A stretch of DNA of 63,039 nucleotides, filler included, from Thelocarpon superellum (lineage: Eukaryota): NCBI GenBank assembly GCA_026025795.1. It is 2 parts of 2 records of this genome, joined end to end, with 100 filler letters (N's around TTAATTAATTAA, not from the genome) between each part and the next. Parts side by side here need not be neighbours in the genome. Positions count along the whole stretch, not along the records: positions 31,600 to 63,039 come from JAPEUG010000192.1; 1 more part is not named here. The stretch is one strand, 5' to 3'. The notes beneath the pieces were generated by a model. It made no database searches and was not told where the DNA came from. It saw only the letters and a list, made by a program, of their open reading frames with translations. A program made the translations under genes and the position numbers. Positions 48,405-61,882 of the stretch are shown here, piece by piece (within the stretch, counting starts at the first letter, position 1; each line of letters opens with the position of its first letter).

Positions 48405-51082
48405 ATGACCATCGCCGCCCTTCCCACGACGGCCATCCGCGCCCTTGGCTCCGCACAAGTCTTGACCGGTCCGGCGGCCGTGGTGAAGGAGCTCCTCGAC
48501 AATGCCTACGACGCCCACGCCTCCGCCATCGTCGTCGAGATTAGCGCCAACACCCTCGACCTCATCCAGGTCAGGGACAATGGCCACGGCATTGCCCCCG
48601 ACGACCGCGATCTCATCGGTCAGCGGCACCACACCAGCAAGCTCCGTGACCTGACCGAGCTCCGCCAGCTGGGTGGACAAACGCTGGGCTTTCGCGGCGA
48701 GGCTCTTGCCAGCGCCGCCGCCCTGGCCGACGCCGTGACCGTCACCACCCGCCAGGAATCCGACGTGGTGGCTTGCAAAATGTCCCTGGCCGGCTCCAAC
48801 GCCCTTCCGCGACGTGAGACGGCCAGCCATCCGGTAGGCACGACCGTCCGCATCGTCCAATTCTTCGCGGGCTATCCCGTGCGTCGCGAGGCCGCCCTGA
48901 AGTCGGCCGCCACCACCATCGCCCACGTCAAACAGACCTTGCATGCCTACGTCCTCGCTCGGCCGACCGTGCGGCTCTCGTTCAAAATCGTCAAGGCGAC
49001 AATGCCGACCAGCCTTTGGGCGTATGTGCCGGGTCGTGACGCGGGCGTCGGGGACGCCGTGCGGATGGTCATCGGCGCCGAGGCGTACGCACAGTGCTCA
49101 CGCTTCACGCATGACTGGCCACATCCCGGCCAGGAGGAACATCATTCCACCCCGGGGGGCCGGTCGTTCCGCCTCGACGCCGTACTGCCCATCCCGACGG
49201 CTGGTGCGTCTCTCCCGTTTCTCCCGTCTTTCCCTCGGTCGAGATGACCGCGTTAACTGACCCGCTCTCCTCTCCAGCTGCGAGCAAGATCCATCATAAG
49301 CGAGCCTTTCTGGCCATTGATGGACGTCCGGTGGCCTCTCGTCGGGGCCCCCTCCACCAGATCGTCTCCCTCTACAAGCGCCACGTCCGTTCGGCCTTAT
49401 CCAAGCAGGCCGCGGCGACGCTCACGGATCCGTTCATGTACCTTCATTTGTCGTGCCCACCGGGAAGCTACGATGCCAACGTCGAACCTGCCAAAGACGA
49501 CGTGCTCTTTGCGGATGCCCCTCTGATCCTCGCCGAAGTGGAGACCCTTTTCCGCTCCGTCTATGGAGCTCTTCCCGTAGCTAGCTCTGATCCTTGTCCA
49601 TCAACCTTGTCCGTGCACGCCGCGCCATCTCCCTTCGATCTCCTCATGGCGACCAGACGACCTGTCGTGCAGCGTATCGACGTTCCTCGTCGCCTTGACG
49701 ATGAACACATCGATCACCTTTCTACCGACCGGACGCCGAAGGCCAATGCATGCCGCGACATTCCTCTGATCCGATCCGATCTTCATTCCCATGGCCCCGG
49801 CGACGACTTTGCCTCCGGTCGGGCCGGAGAAATGAGGTCCCCGCGCCAGGGCTGGCGGACCGAGATGTATGCCGGAGATGACGAACCCGAGACGCCACCT
49901 ACGACGGCCGACCGGGACCACCTTGACTCGAATGATCTGTCCGATGCTGAGTCGGACGTCGCCCTGAGGGACATTCACGTCTCAAATCCGTGGATCAAGG
50001 CCAAGATGAATGCCTGCATGCGTCCGCGGGCGGCTCGGCAAGTCGCGAGGTCGACCGCGTCCCACGATGACGTTCGCCCGGCCCTGGACGTGTCCTCACC
50101 GCCCTCGGCAGCCCCCAGGCTTTCGATCCCGCGCCCGTCGGACGAGTCAGAGGATGCTTTGGACGCACCGATTCGTGGTGGAAGCATGATGGACGACTGG
50201 GTTTCACGACCAGACAGCACTCCGCTGGCGGCGCCCGTGAATGACCCTCGCTCGGATCCAGGCGACCATGCGTGTCGCACCCGGGATTTTGCCACGGCCC
50301 GATTGTTGCCTCTCGACGTCACTGATGTGTTTCCTCCTCTCTCTATCTCCACCAACGGATCAGGCGTGGCTCGGCCCCTTTCCGCACCTCCCGCCAGCCT
50401 TGGTCGTCCCCCTCTCCCGTCCGCCTGGGCCGCGCCAACTTCTCGTGGTGCAGGATGGGTGGGCACCAGCAGCCGATCGCGCGACATACGGGATTTGATT
50501 GCGGCACACGCGCCGCTTGACTTTGAAAGTGATGCGGGCGACTCGATCGACGACAGCAGCACGGTGCAAGGTAGCCAGGGGCCTGCGACCACTCACCCGG
50601 ACGTAGCGGAGCTCTTGGATTACGAACGTCGCAAGCAGGCGGCCAATCTCGCACGGCGATCGTCCAAACCTTTCCGCCGCCAGCCTGGATCGTCTCCCTA
50701 CCATCATCGCTACCAGGCGGCCGTCGCAGCGATCTCATCGCCACGTCACATTGCGCGTGCCACGGGTGCAACGGGAGCTCTAGTGGACGATGTGACGGGA
50801 TTACCGCTAGAAGCCACTTGGGCCGATCTGAAGATGCAACAGGTGCGAATCACCATGACCACGGATCTAGAGACCTTGGCACCTCTACCCTTGGCCGCGA
50901 TGGGGCTGGGCGGGGATGTCCGGGACGATCTGCCGAGGGTCGAAAGCTCCCCTTCCCCGATGTCGCTCTCCCGATTGAGGCAACGACTGCATAATCTGGT
51001 CCATCATACCTTTCGGCCAGCGGACGGCGCGATGCCAGTCATGACAATTTCGCTCGACGACGTAGCGGCACTTGACGAATGA
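48405..51082 (+). CDS. MutL-family mismatch repair protein (MLH2/human PMS1-like), 2 exons (intron 49204-49277)
   Basis: GHKL motifs VVKELLDNAYDA, VRDNGHGI, TSKL, TLGFRGEALAS, GTTV; transducer motif YDANVEPAKDDVLF. No DQHAX2EX4E endonuclease motif seen. Confidence 0.88.
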
Positions 51083-52486
51083 TGAAGCGTTGCATTTTGC
51101 ACTATGCATTTTTGCTTTTACGTCATGGATGTTTTGCGATACCCTGGGCTACTGGCGATCTTCTGGGCTTGGGCTATGGAGCACCTATGTGGGGGAAGTA
51201 CAATCTAGCCGTGATAGCATCCGTATACAACAGATATGGCGACTATCATCACCCGTGAACCTGGTCTGCGCGTCCTTTCCCACGGACCGGCCACCTTCAT
51301 AACCACATGCTCCGAGAAATGGAAGGCTTCAGTTCCCTGCGTGGCTAATCTGGAGCATTTCCGATATATTTGGCACAGATGTCTTCAAGAGCACGGTACT
51401 CCTCTTAGGCACCAATGGTGCCGGCTATTTAATAGCCGAGTCGGCGGTGGGCAGACCGTCGTCCACTGTCCGTCACCTGTCGTCGCCATGTCTTGCGCGT
51501 CGTCGGCGTCGCCTGTCTTGGCATTTGATGTGGCGAGGCGAAGAGGTCCGGGCGAGCGCGAGGGATCACTGGAGCCTTGCCTGGCTTGTAGCGACTGTAG
51601 CGATCGCGGTTGTAGGACTCGCTACGTAGCTGGGGTGCATTTGTAACTGGCGCCGATAGCTCTTCAGTTCAGAGAGGTTACGAGGCGACTGTGAGCGATG
51701 GACGGGGGACACCGGACAGCGCTTCGCGTGCGCTGGGTGTACGTTGCCAACTAAATATCCGGCTGTGGCTGTGTGGCTGGGGGACGGGGGTGGCGATAGG
51801 GTTAGAGTGCTGCTCCACTTCTCCACCACTCCGTCACCGTCAGTGCCACCCGTCACTGATATTTCTCCTAAACCCCGTCCCCTGGCGGCGGCGAAGGTGA
51901 GGTGGTGCCTTGCCGCGCCGTCACGCGTAGCCCAGCATTCCGCCGGACCAGGATCTCCTGCACCCTACCAAGCACACACCGACCAGTCCACCGACCTAGA
52001 CTCCTAACTCCGTACTGGAGTCCCATGTACGAGTACTTCGTAGGATTACTTCGTACCATCCCACATCATAATTCACCGTTCGAGTGGTGGTTGGAGCGTG
52101 CGACTAGGGACCATCGTAGTTAGAGTGGTGCGCGGTACCATTCAAGCACCGAGGTCGCTCGCCCCCAAGGTCAAGAAAGCCAGTGCCGGTGCGTTGTGCG
52201 TCGTGCGTCGTACGTTGTGCTCCCCATACACCACCATCGTCTCGTCCAGCCTCTCGGGGTTTATCTCGTGGGCCCGACGTCTGTGGGCGGGTGCGAGTCC
52301 TTGATATTTGCACAAACATCCTGGCCGCCTGTCCCTGATCTCGACCCACATTTGCCCTCGACGTCCTCGGATCATCACCACGCCTACCACGCCTACACGC
52401 CTACCACTCCTACCCTCTCCCACGCCCATCAGCTATCGGCGGTGATCTGCGGTCCCCGATCCGACGCGCACCGTCGCTCCGTCACC

Positions 52487-55400
52487 ATGGTGCACACTCC
52501 CCCTCCCCCTTCCCTCTCTACCTCGATTCACCTCCCGCCTCCGCCACATATCTCCCCCTCTCGCTACGATCCCGGCCATCGATTAACGCTCTCCAGGCTG
52601 TGACCAAACGTGCCGGGCGCAAAAAGGATGCCAACGCCAACCAGACGGCCTCTCAAGGGGGCCGGGGGGGCAAAGCCCAAGTCAAGAAGGCCACCTTCGA
52701 ATCGAGCAAGAAGAAGGAGGTTGGCGTCTCCGACTTGACCTTGATTAGCAAGATCTCGAATGAGGCCATCAACGACAACCTGAAGAAGCGTTTTGAAAAT
52801 GGCGAGATCTACGTACGTCCCCCCTCTCTCGCGGCCGCCTGCTGCCTCTGCTGATTTCCAACCCCTGCAGACCTACATCGGCCATGTTTTGGTCTCTGTA
52901 AACCCCTTTCGAGATTGTACGTGGATTGCTCCTAGCTCTAGTCTCTCACCGCCCTGCCGCCCCGTCCTCTGTCCCCATCCCAGGCCCGAGCTGACCGCGT
53001 CATAGTGGGCATCTACACCGACGCCGTCTTGGCTAGCTACCGGGGAAAGAATCGATTAGAGGTGCGCCGGCGCCTGTGCCCCACTCCCCCACCCGCCATA
53101 CCTGACCTCTCCTCCCTGGCCCTAGGTCCCACCCCACGTCTTTGCTGTCGCCGAGTCGGCCTATTACAACATGAAGGGCTACAACGAGAATCAGTGCGTC
53201 ATCATCTCCGGCGAGTCGGGCGCCGGCAAGACCGAGGCCGCCAAGCGCATCATGCAATACATCGCCAACGTGTCCGAGGGCAAGGACTCATCCATCCAGC
53301 AGATCAAGGACATGGTCTTGGCCACCAACCCGCTGCTGGAGTCCTTTGGCAACGCCAAGACGCTGCGGAACAACAACTCTTCGCGCTTCGGCAAGTACCT
53401 GCAGCTGCAGTTCAACGCCCAGGGTGAGCCCGTCGGCGCCACCATCACCAATTACCTGCTCGAGAAGTCGCGGGTGGTGGGACAGATTGCCAACGAACGC
53501 AACTTTCACATTTTCTATCAGTTTACCAAGGCCGCCTCATCACACTATCGAGGTACGTAGTCTACGGCTGGCGCCGTGCCGCACCTCCCCAGCCCCCCCG
53601 CCCACCGTTGACGGATGCCTCAGAAACCTTTGGCGTGCAGGAGCCTACCACCTACATCTACACCAGCCGCTCCAAGTGCTACGACGTGGCCGGCATCGAC
53701 GACGTGGCCGACTTCCGGGACACCATCAATGCCATGAAGATCATCGGCCTGTCACAGGCCGAGCAGGACGACATCTTCCGCATGCTGGCCGTCGTCCTCT
53801 GGATTGGCAACGTTCACTTTCTCGAGGACAAGGACGGTAATGCGGCCATCGCCGACACCTCCGTCACCGACTTTGTCGCCTACCTGCTCGAGGTCGACGC
53901 CGCCCACGTCACCAAGGCCTTTACCAGCCGCGTGGTCGAGACGAGCCGCGGCGGCCGCCGCGGCTCCGTGTACGAGGTGCCGCTGAACCCGACGCAGGCC
54001 ACGGCGGTGCGGGATGCGCTCGCCAAGGCCGTCTACTACAACCTCTTCGACTGGATCGTGACGCGCGTCAACGTGTCGCTGCAGGCGCGCGGTGTGCCGG
54101 CCCAGTCCATCGGCATCCTCGACATCTACGGCTTCGAGATCTTTGAGCGCAACAGCTTCGAGCAGCTCTGCATCAACTATGTCAACGAGAAGCTGCAGCA
54201 GATCTTCATCCAGCTGACGCTCAAGACCGAGCAGGAAGAGTACGCGCGCGAGCAGATCCAGTGGACGCCCATCAGCTACTTTGACAACAAGGTCGTCTGC
54301 GAGCTGATCGAGGAGCGTCGCCCGCCCGGCGTCTTTGCCGCGCTCAACGACGCCTGCGCCACCGCGCACGCCGACCCCGGCGCCGCCGACCAGTCGTTCG
54401 TGCAGAAGCTCAACGGGCTGCTGTCGAACCACGCGCACTTTCAGCCGCGCCAAGGCCAGTTCATCATCAAGCACTACGCCGGCGACGTGAGCTACGCCGT
54501 GGATGGCATGACGGACAAGAACAAGGACCAGCTGCTCAAGGACCTCCTGAATCTGGTCGGCGAGACCTCCAACGCCTTCCTGCGCGGCCTCTTCCCCAAC
54601 CAGGTCGACCAGGACTCGAAGAAGCGCCCGCCCACGGCCGGCGACAAGATCAAGGCCTCGGCCAACGAGCTGGTGGCCACGCTCACCCAGGCCTCGCCCT
54701 CGTACATTCGCACCATCAAGCCCAACGAGAACAAGTCGCCGACAGAGTACCACTCGCCCAACGTGCTGCACCAGATCAAGTACCTCGGCCTGCAGGAGAA
54801 CGTGCGGATCCGGCGCGCCGGCTTCGCCTACCGCCAGACCTTTGACAAGTTCGTCGAGCGCTTCTACCTGCTCTCGCCCCGCACCTCCTACGCCGGCGAG
54901 TACACGTGGACGGGCGACGCGCGCTCGGGCGCGCAGCAGATCTTGCGCGACACCAGCATCCCGGCCGAGGAGTTTCAAATGGGCGTCACCAAGGCCTTCA
55001 TCAAGACGCCCGAGACGCTGTTTGCGCTCGAGCACATGCGCGATCGCTACTGGCACAACATGGCGACGCGGATCCAGCGCGCCTGGCGCAACTATCTGCG
55101 GTATCGCATCGAGTGCGCCATCCGCATTCAGCGCTTCTGGCGCAAGCTCAAGGGGGGGCTGGAGTACATCCAACTGCGCGATTTTGGCCATCAAGTCCTG
55201 CAGGGGAAGAAGGAGCGACGACGCTTTAGCCTGATTGGGTCGCGCCGCTTTCTCGGCGATTACCTGGCCGTGGGCAAGAATGGCGGCTTTGGGGAGATGA
55301 TTCGGACGTCGGTCAACATTGGCGGTGAGTCCCTGTGCACGTGGATGCGGACGCGGATGTGGAGCCGGAGGTGCACCCGCGCGTCGGGAACGCGCCCCTT

Positions 55401-56959
55401 ACTGCGCTGACCGTTGGCCCGTAGGCGCCGAGACGGTCATCTTCTCATGTCGATGCGATGTGTTGGTGACGAAATTTGGGCGGTCCAGCAAACCGAGTCC
55501 GCGCAACCTGGTCCTGGTGCGTCTCTCCCGTGTCAGACCCCGTCTATGGCACGTGTACTGATGGTGTCACCCTAGACCAAACGCAACGTGTACCTGGTCG
55601 TCTCGACCATGGTCAACCATCAGCTGGCCATTTCGGCCGAGCGGACGATCCCGCTGGGCGCCATTCGTTACGTGGGCACGTCGATGCTCAAGGATGACTG
55701 GTTCTCGCTCGGCGTGGGCTCGCCGCAGGAGCCCGATCCCCTCATCAATTGCGTCTTCAAAACCGAATTCTTCACCCACCTGACACGGGCCGTGCCCGGG
55801 GGCCTCGATCTCCGCATCGCCGAGTCGTATGTGATGCCCTCGATGGCGTGCGACGTGCCGCGCTAACCGGGTGACAGGATCGAGTACAACAAGAAACCCG
55901 GGAAGCCAACGCTGATCAAGGTCATCCGGGACCCAGCGGTGGCGCGCGATGATCTCTATAAGAGCGGCACCATTCACACGGGACCGGGCGAGCCGCCGAC
56001 CTCCGTCTCCCGCCCGACGCCCCGCCCGAACCCGACGGTGGGCAAACCCATCACCAAAGGCAAGCTCCTTCGCCCGGGCGGACCGGGCGGAGGACCATCG
56101 AAGCTGTCGGGGGCACGCCCGGCCGCGGCCCGACCCGTGGCGCAGCCGCTACCCGCGTCCACTGCGTCCCACGCCTCGCGTCTCCCCCCATCACGACCCA
56201 CGCAGGCGGCGGCGGCCTCAACCGCTACGACGCTGGCCGCTCGACCGGTCCCACAACCCTTGGCGGCGCTCGGTGGCGGTATCGGGCACGGTCGCGTCCC
56301 GTCGGGGTCGGGATCGGCGGTTCGTTCGCCACCTCCCGCCCCTCCGCCGGCTCCCCCAGTGGCGGCGACGCCGGCGCAACCGACCTACCGGGCCTTGTAC
56401 GATTTCGCGGGAGATGCACAGAACCAGTTGAGTCTAAAGAAGGACGAGATCATCATCGTCCTCCAAAAGAAGGATAATGGTGGGTTTTCTTTGGTGATGC
56501 GTGAAGCACCGGGCTGACGGCTGATCAGGATGGTGGTTGGCACGACACCCGGATTCACAAGATCAAGGTTGGACCCCGTCAGCCTATCTCAAGGAAGATG
56601 TGGTGCGGATGGTGGCGGCACCTCCCCCACCGCCGCCAGCTCCTACTCGGGCGGTGCCGGTCCCCCCGAGTCGGTCGTCGGATACCAACGGCAGCGTGCG
56701 CGCCAAGCCGACCCCACCGGCCCCTCCCTCGAAGCGGCCCGTGTCCAAGAAGCCAGCGCCGCCCCCCGCCCCCCGCGATAGCGGCATGAGCATCGGGTCG
56801 TCGGTGAATGGCCATGGCAACGGTAGCGGCAGTGGCAGCGGACGAGACACGCCAAACACGTCGGTGGGCAGCATCAGCCTCGCCGGCGGCTTGGCCGAAG
56901 CCTTGCGGCAACGACAGGCCTCGATGCAGGGAAAGAAAGAGGAGGAGGATGACTGGTGA
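52487..56959 (+). CDS. MYO1: Class I myosin (motor, IQ, TH1, SH3, acidic tail), multi-exon with an ATG-only first exon
   Basis: [42 protein letters not shown]3 ALYDF..LSL..GWW, C-terminal EEEDDW. Confidence 0.97.
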
Positions 56960-57120
56960 TGTCTCGTCGTGTCCACACCATGTCCGTGGCCATATTCTTG
57001 GCCATGTCCGTGTGCCGTCTTGCTTTCCCACAGCGGGCGTTGGGCGGAGGGAGAGAGGATGTGATTAGGTTGAGATTCCCTGGGGGCGGTGTCTGTCGCA
57101 CGATCTTACGGAGTCGAGTG

Positions 57121-57127
57121 TGACTCA
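57121..57127. promoter_or_regulatory. Candidate Gcn4/CpcA site (TGACTCA)
   Basis: Exact match upstream of an aminoacyl-tRNA synthetase gene. Confidence 0.35.
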
Positions 57128-57489
57128 ATTGAGCGAGATGCCGGAGAAGCGCGTAACAACCACCGTGTAATCAACGTAAAAACACCGTGAAACCACCGTG
57201 GAATACTCTCGGTAGGCTCCCGGACCTCAGACAGTCCACCAACATCATCAGCACACCAGCACCACTTATTTTGGGAAGTGCTCTTGACAGAGACAGTAGC
57301 CTGGAGCGCGTCTGATCATGTCAGCGTAGAGGTTTCTAGCAGTATGAGGTGCCTTTAGAGACAAGAGGGTCTGCAATTTGATGGCAGAGTGTAGATCCGC
57401 AGGCCAGCGTCCACCGGGTGCGAGGGGTCCGGCGGGATGGGGGAGACGCGGGTGAAGGGAGCGCAGTGGAGGGGAATTCGGCAATGGAT

Positions 57490-57496
57490 TGACTCA
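57490..57496. promoter_or_regulatory. Candidate Gcn4/CpcA site (TTGACTCAT context)
   Basis: Near-optimal cross-pathway control element immediately upstream of VAS1. Confidence 0.5.
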
Positions 57497-57549
57497 TGCC
57501 CCTCCGCCATTACGGACGGCGGCACGAGCCGACAATATCAGAAATACAG

Positions 57550-60500
57550 ATGAGAGCTCTCCCCCCACACCTGCTCCGCGGACTCACCATTGTCTATCCC
57601 AACTCTCAGCGAAGTCATCGTTCCCGGTCAATTTCCCTCAGAATCATTCGTGACTACCGTCTCTTCATTCCCCCCAACTACCATCACATTGGACCCTTTT
57701 CTTGCGTCCACGGCGACGACCACGCGACATCCGACCTCAGTGGGCTCCATGATCTCTCGGTCCTGCTGAACCGCAGGAGTCAGATTGGCCCTGTCACCGC
57801 GAACGTGACCTTCGCCACCATACTGTCCCGCGGACTGTTTCGCTGCCGCCTTTGTGCCCGCGTGCAGATCTGTTCCCCACCTCGGTGTCCTCGTCGGCTC
57901 CCACCGCCGTGGGTGTTTGCCGCCATGGCGACCAATTCGGCCTCGGCCAATCCCAGTGAGCTCTCTTGACCTTGACCATCTGCGTCCCCAGACGTTCACA
58001 CCGTCTCCAGTTGGCGCCGTGACGGGTCCCATCTCTGGCCCCCCTCCTCCCGCATCGGATGAGACCAAGACGGCCATTGCCGACGCCGTCGGTGCGGATC
58101 CCGTCGGCCAGCACCATCCGGGTCAAGATGCCCCCCCCCAAGCCAAGACGGAGAAAGAAGGTGGGTATCGTGCGGACCCGTCTGGACCACGTCATTGACG
58201 GTGCGGCAGTGGAACGAGAACGCAAGAAGCAGGAAAAGGCCAAGAAGTTTGCGGAGAAGAAGATGAAGTCGACCAGCGCCGAGGCCGCCCCGCCGTCCAA
58301 GTCCAAGGAGAAAAGGGCCAAGCAGGAGGCGGCCAAGGAGGAACCATTGCCCCCCTACCACGAAGATACCCCGGTGGGCGAGAAGAAGCGTGGGTGCCCT
58401 GGCCACGTCCTCGTCCGGCACTGACGGTGCGCCAGTGCTCAAATCCTTTGACGATCCCCATTACAAGGCCTACAATCCCACCGTCGTCGAGTCGGCCTGG
58501 TACGCGTGGTGGGAGAAGGAAGGATTCTTTCAGCCCGAGTTTGGCCCGGATGGTCAGGTCAAGCGCCAGGGCTACTTTGTCATCCCCGAACCTCCGCCCA
58601 ACGTCACGGGTTCCCTGCACATGGGCCATGCCCTTCCCAATGCCCTGCAAGATACGCTCATCCGGTGGTACGTCTTGACCCCGAGCCTCTCCCGCGTTGG
58701 CTGACCCGATAGGAACCGCATGCGTGGCCTCACCACCCTATGGCTTCCCGGATGTGATCATGCCGGCATCGCCACGCAGAGCGTGGTCGAGAACATGCTC
58801 CGCCGCCGACGCAACCAGTCGCGCTACGATCTCGGTCGGGAGAAGTTCACCGCACTCGTATGGGAGTGGAAAGAGGAGTATCACTCCAAGATCAACAGCG
58901 TGCTGCGACGGATGGGCGGCTCTTTCGACTGGACCCGCGAGGCCTTCACCATGGACGAGAACCTGTCGACCGCCGTGACGGAGACGTTTGTGCGCCTGCA
59001 CGACGAAGGCATCATCTACCGGGCCAACCGGCTGGTCAATTGGTGCACCAAGCTCAACACGGCCCTGTCGAACCTCGAGGTGGACAACAAGGAGCTGACG
59101 GGCCGCACCCTGCTCGACGTACCGGGCTACGACCGCAAGGTGGAGTTTGGCGTCATCACCCACTTCCAGTACGAGATCGTGGGCTCCGACGAGCGCATCG
59201 AGGTCGCCACCACCCGCCCGGAGACCATGCTGGGCGATACGGGCATCGCCGTGCACCCCACGGATGCCCGCTACCAGCACCTGGTGGGCAAGCACGCCCG
59301 TCACCCCTTTGTCGATCGCCTGATGCCCATCGTGGCGGACGACTACGTCGACCCCGAATTTGGCACGGGCGCCGTCAAGATCACGCCGGCGCACGATCCC
59401 AACGACTTTGCCCTCGGCACCCGCCACGGCCTCGCCTTCATCAACATCCTCAACGACAATGGCACCCTGAACGCCGCCACGGGCGCGTACGACGGGGTCA
59501 AGCGCTTCGACGCGCGCTATACGGTGGTGGAGGCGCTGAAGGCACGGGGCCTTTTTGTCAAGAAAGAGGACAACCCGATGAAGGTGCCCCTGTGTCAGCG
59601 TTCCAAGGATGTCATCGAGCCGTTGATGAAGCCGCAGTGGTGGGTGCGCATGCGCGAGCTCGCCGATGGCGCCATCGACGTGGTGCGTCGGGGCGACATT
59701 GTCATCCGGCCCGAGACGGCGGAGAAGAGCTATTACCGGTGGTTGGAGGATGTGACGGATTGGTGCATCTCGCGCCAGCTCTGGTGGGGGCACCAATGCC
59801 CCGTGTATCTCGTCGAGATTGCTGGCCGCCCTAGCGATCCCAGCGTCGACACGCATTGGGTGGCGGGACGCACGGAGGCCGAGGCGCAGGCGAAGGCGAC
59901 GGCCAAGTTTCCGGGGCAGACGTTCACCTTGCGCCGCGACGAGGACGTCCTCGACACTTGGTTCTCCTCGGGGCTGTGGCCTTTCTCCACGCTCGGCTGG
60001 CCCAAGACGACGCCGGACTACTCGCGCCTGTACCCGACCTCGGTGCTGGAGACGGGATGGGACATTTTGTTCTTCTGGGTGGCGCGCATGATCATGCTGG
60101 GGGTCAAAATGACAGGCCAGGTCCCCTTTCACGAGGTGTACTGCCACTCGTTGGTGCGGGACTCGGAGGGACGCAAGATGTCCAAGTCGCTGGGGAACGT
60201 GATAGATCCGCAAGATGTGGTGGATGGGATCCCGCTGCAGGGCTTACACGACAAGCTCTTGCTGGGCAATCTCGATCCTAAAGAGGTGGAACGGGCCAGC
60301 AAGTTTCAGCAGCAAGCCTTTCCCGAGGGTATTCCTCAATGCGGGGCGGATGCGTTGCGCTTCTCCTTGGTCTCGTACACGACGGGGGGTAGGCATCTAC
60401 TTCTCCTTCGGATCGGCTCGTGACTGACGGTTCGCAGGCGGGGACATCAACTTTGACATCAAGGTCATCCATGGGTATCGGAAGTTCTGTAACAAGATCT

Positions 60501-61614
60501 ACCAAGCGACGAAATACGTCCTGGGGAAGCTGGACTCGTCGTTTGTGCCGCTCGCCACAGTGCACCAGACAGGGCAGGAATCGTTGGCGGAGCGATGGAT
60601 CCTGCATAAATTCACCCTGGCGAGCAAGGAGATCAACCAGGCATTGGCGGAGCGGGAATTCCAACGCTCGACCGTGACGGTGTATCAGTATTGGTACAGT
60701 CATCTGTGCGACGTGTACATCGTGCGTGCCTCGGCCCCCTTGGCGGTGTCCGGCTCTTGCTTACCGTGACAGGAAAACTCCAAGAGCATCCTCCAAGAGG
60801 GAAGCGCCGAGGCGCAAGCATCGGCCAAGCAAACGCTGTACACGGCGTTGGAGGGGGGCTTGACGATGATCCACCCTTTCATGCCCTTTCTCACCGAAGA
60901 ACTGTGGCAACGACTTCCGCGGCGACCGGGTGACACGACCCCGTCGATCGTCAAGGTGTCCTATCCCACGTACGACCCGTCGCTGGATGACCCGGCATCG
61001 GAAGCGGCATACGAGCTGGTCCTGGGCATCTCCAAGGGGATCCGGTCCTTGATGGCGGAGTATTCCATCAAGGAGGATGGACGAGGTGCGTGACGGACAC
61101 TCGTATCACGGGGAGCGAGCGGGGGGATGCTAATGAGAAGGGGGTCGGCAGTCTACATCCAAACCTACGACGAGACGAGCCATCGGACGACGACGGAGCA
61201 GATGCAAAGCATCAAGTCGCTGAGCGGCAAGGGAGTCTCGTCCATGACGGTGATGAGGGGAGAAGACGGCCAGCCGGGAGGAAGCGTGGTGTTTGCAGTA
61301 TCCAGCAGTGCGGCTGTCTTTCTTCACGTGAAGGTGACCTTCCTACCATCCCTCACTCTCCCGCGCGCCACGTACTGTACTGACGGCAAAGCCAGGGACG
61401 CGTGGACATTGAATCCGAGATCCAAAAGACGAGCACAAAGCTACGCAGAGCGCAAGACGGCGCGGCGAGACAGACCAAGATCCTGAACGAAAAGGGGTAC
61501 CAGGACAAAGTGGCGGCGCAGCTGCAAGAGGTGGAGCGGAGGAAGTTGAGGGATTTCGAGGCCGAGGTGAAAGCACTCCAGGATAGTCTTGACCGCTTTC
61601 GATTGTTGGTTTAG
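57550..61614 (+). CDS. VAS1: Valyl-tRNA synthetase, multi-exon; likely mitochondrial (ATG 57550 or 57496) and cytosolic (ATG 57925) starts
   Basis: [77 protein letters not shown]. Confidence 0.97.
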
Positions 61615-61882
61615 TCCAGGGAGGAGAGAAGGAAGGGGTTCGAGGCGGATACTGTAGCGAGCGGGTGAGGGGAGAGAAAGAAGTCGACAAGAGATGGATG
61701 TAGGAATTGGTGAGTCGTGTGGGGATGTCTAGCTATACCCTTTTTTCTTCTTCCTCTCCCTCTCTCCCGACTATCACCCACCTACCTACCTACCTACTAC
61801 TCGCGACTCGACTCGACTCGACTCGACTCGATTGAAGAATATATGACCTGCGCAGGGCTCCCCTTGTCTTCGTTCGTCCAGG

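Noticed and set aside
53752..55194. Long antisense ORFs (also 58738-60213, 35948-37117, 1367-2296, 45764-46507)
   Set aside because: These are shadow frames of high-GC3 genes on the opposite strand with no recognisable domains.
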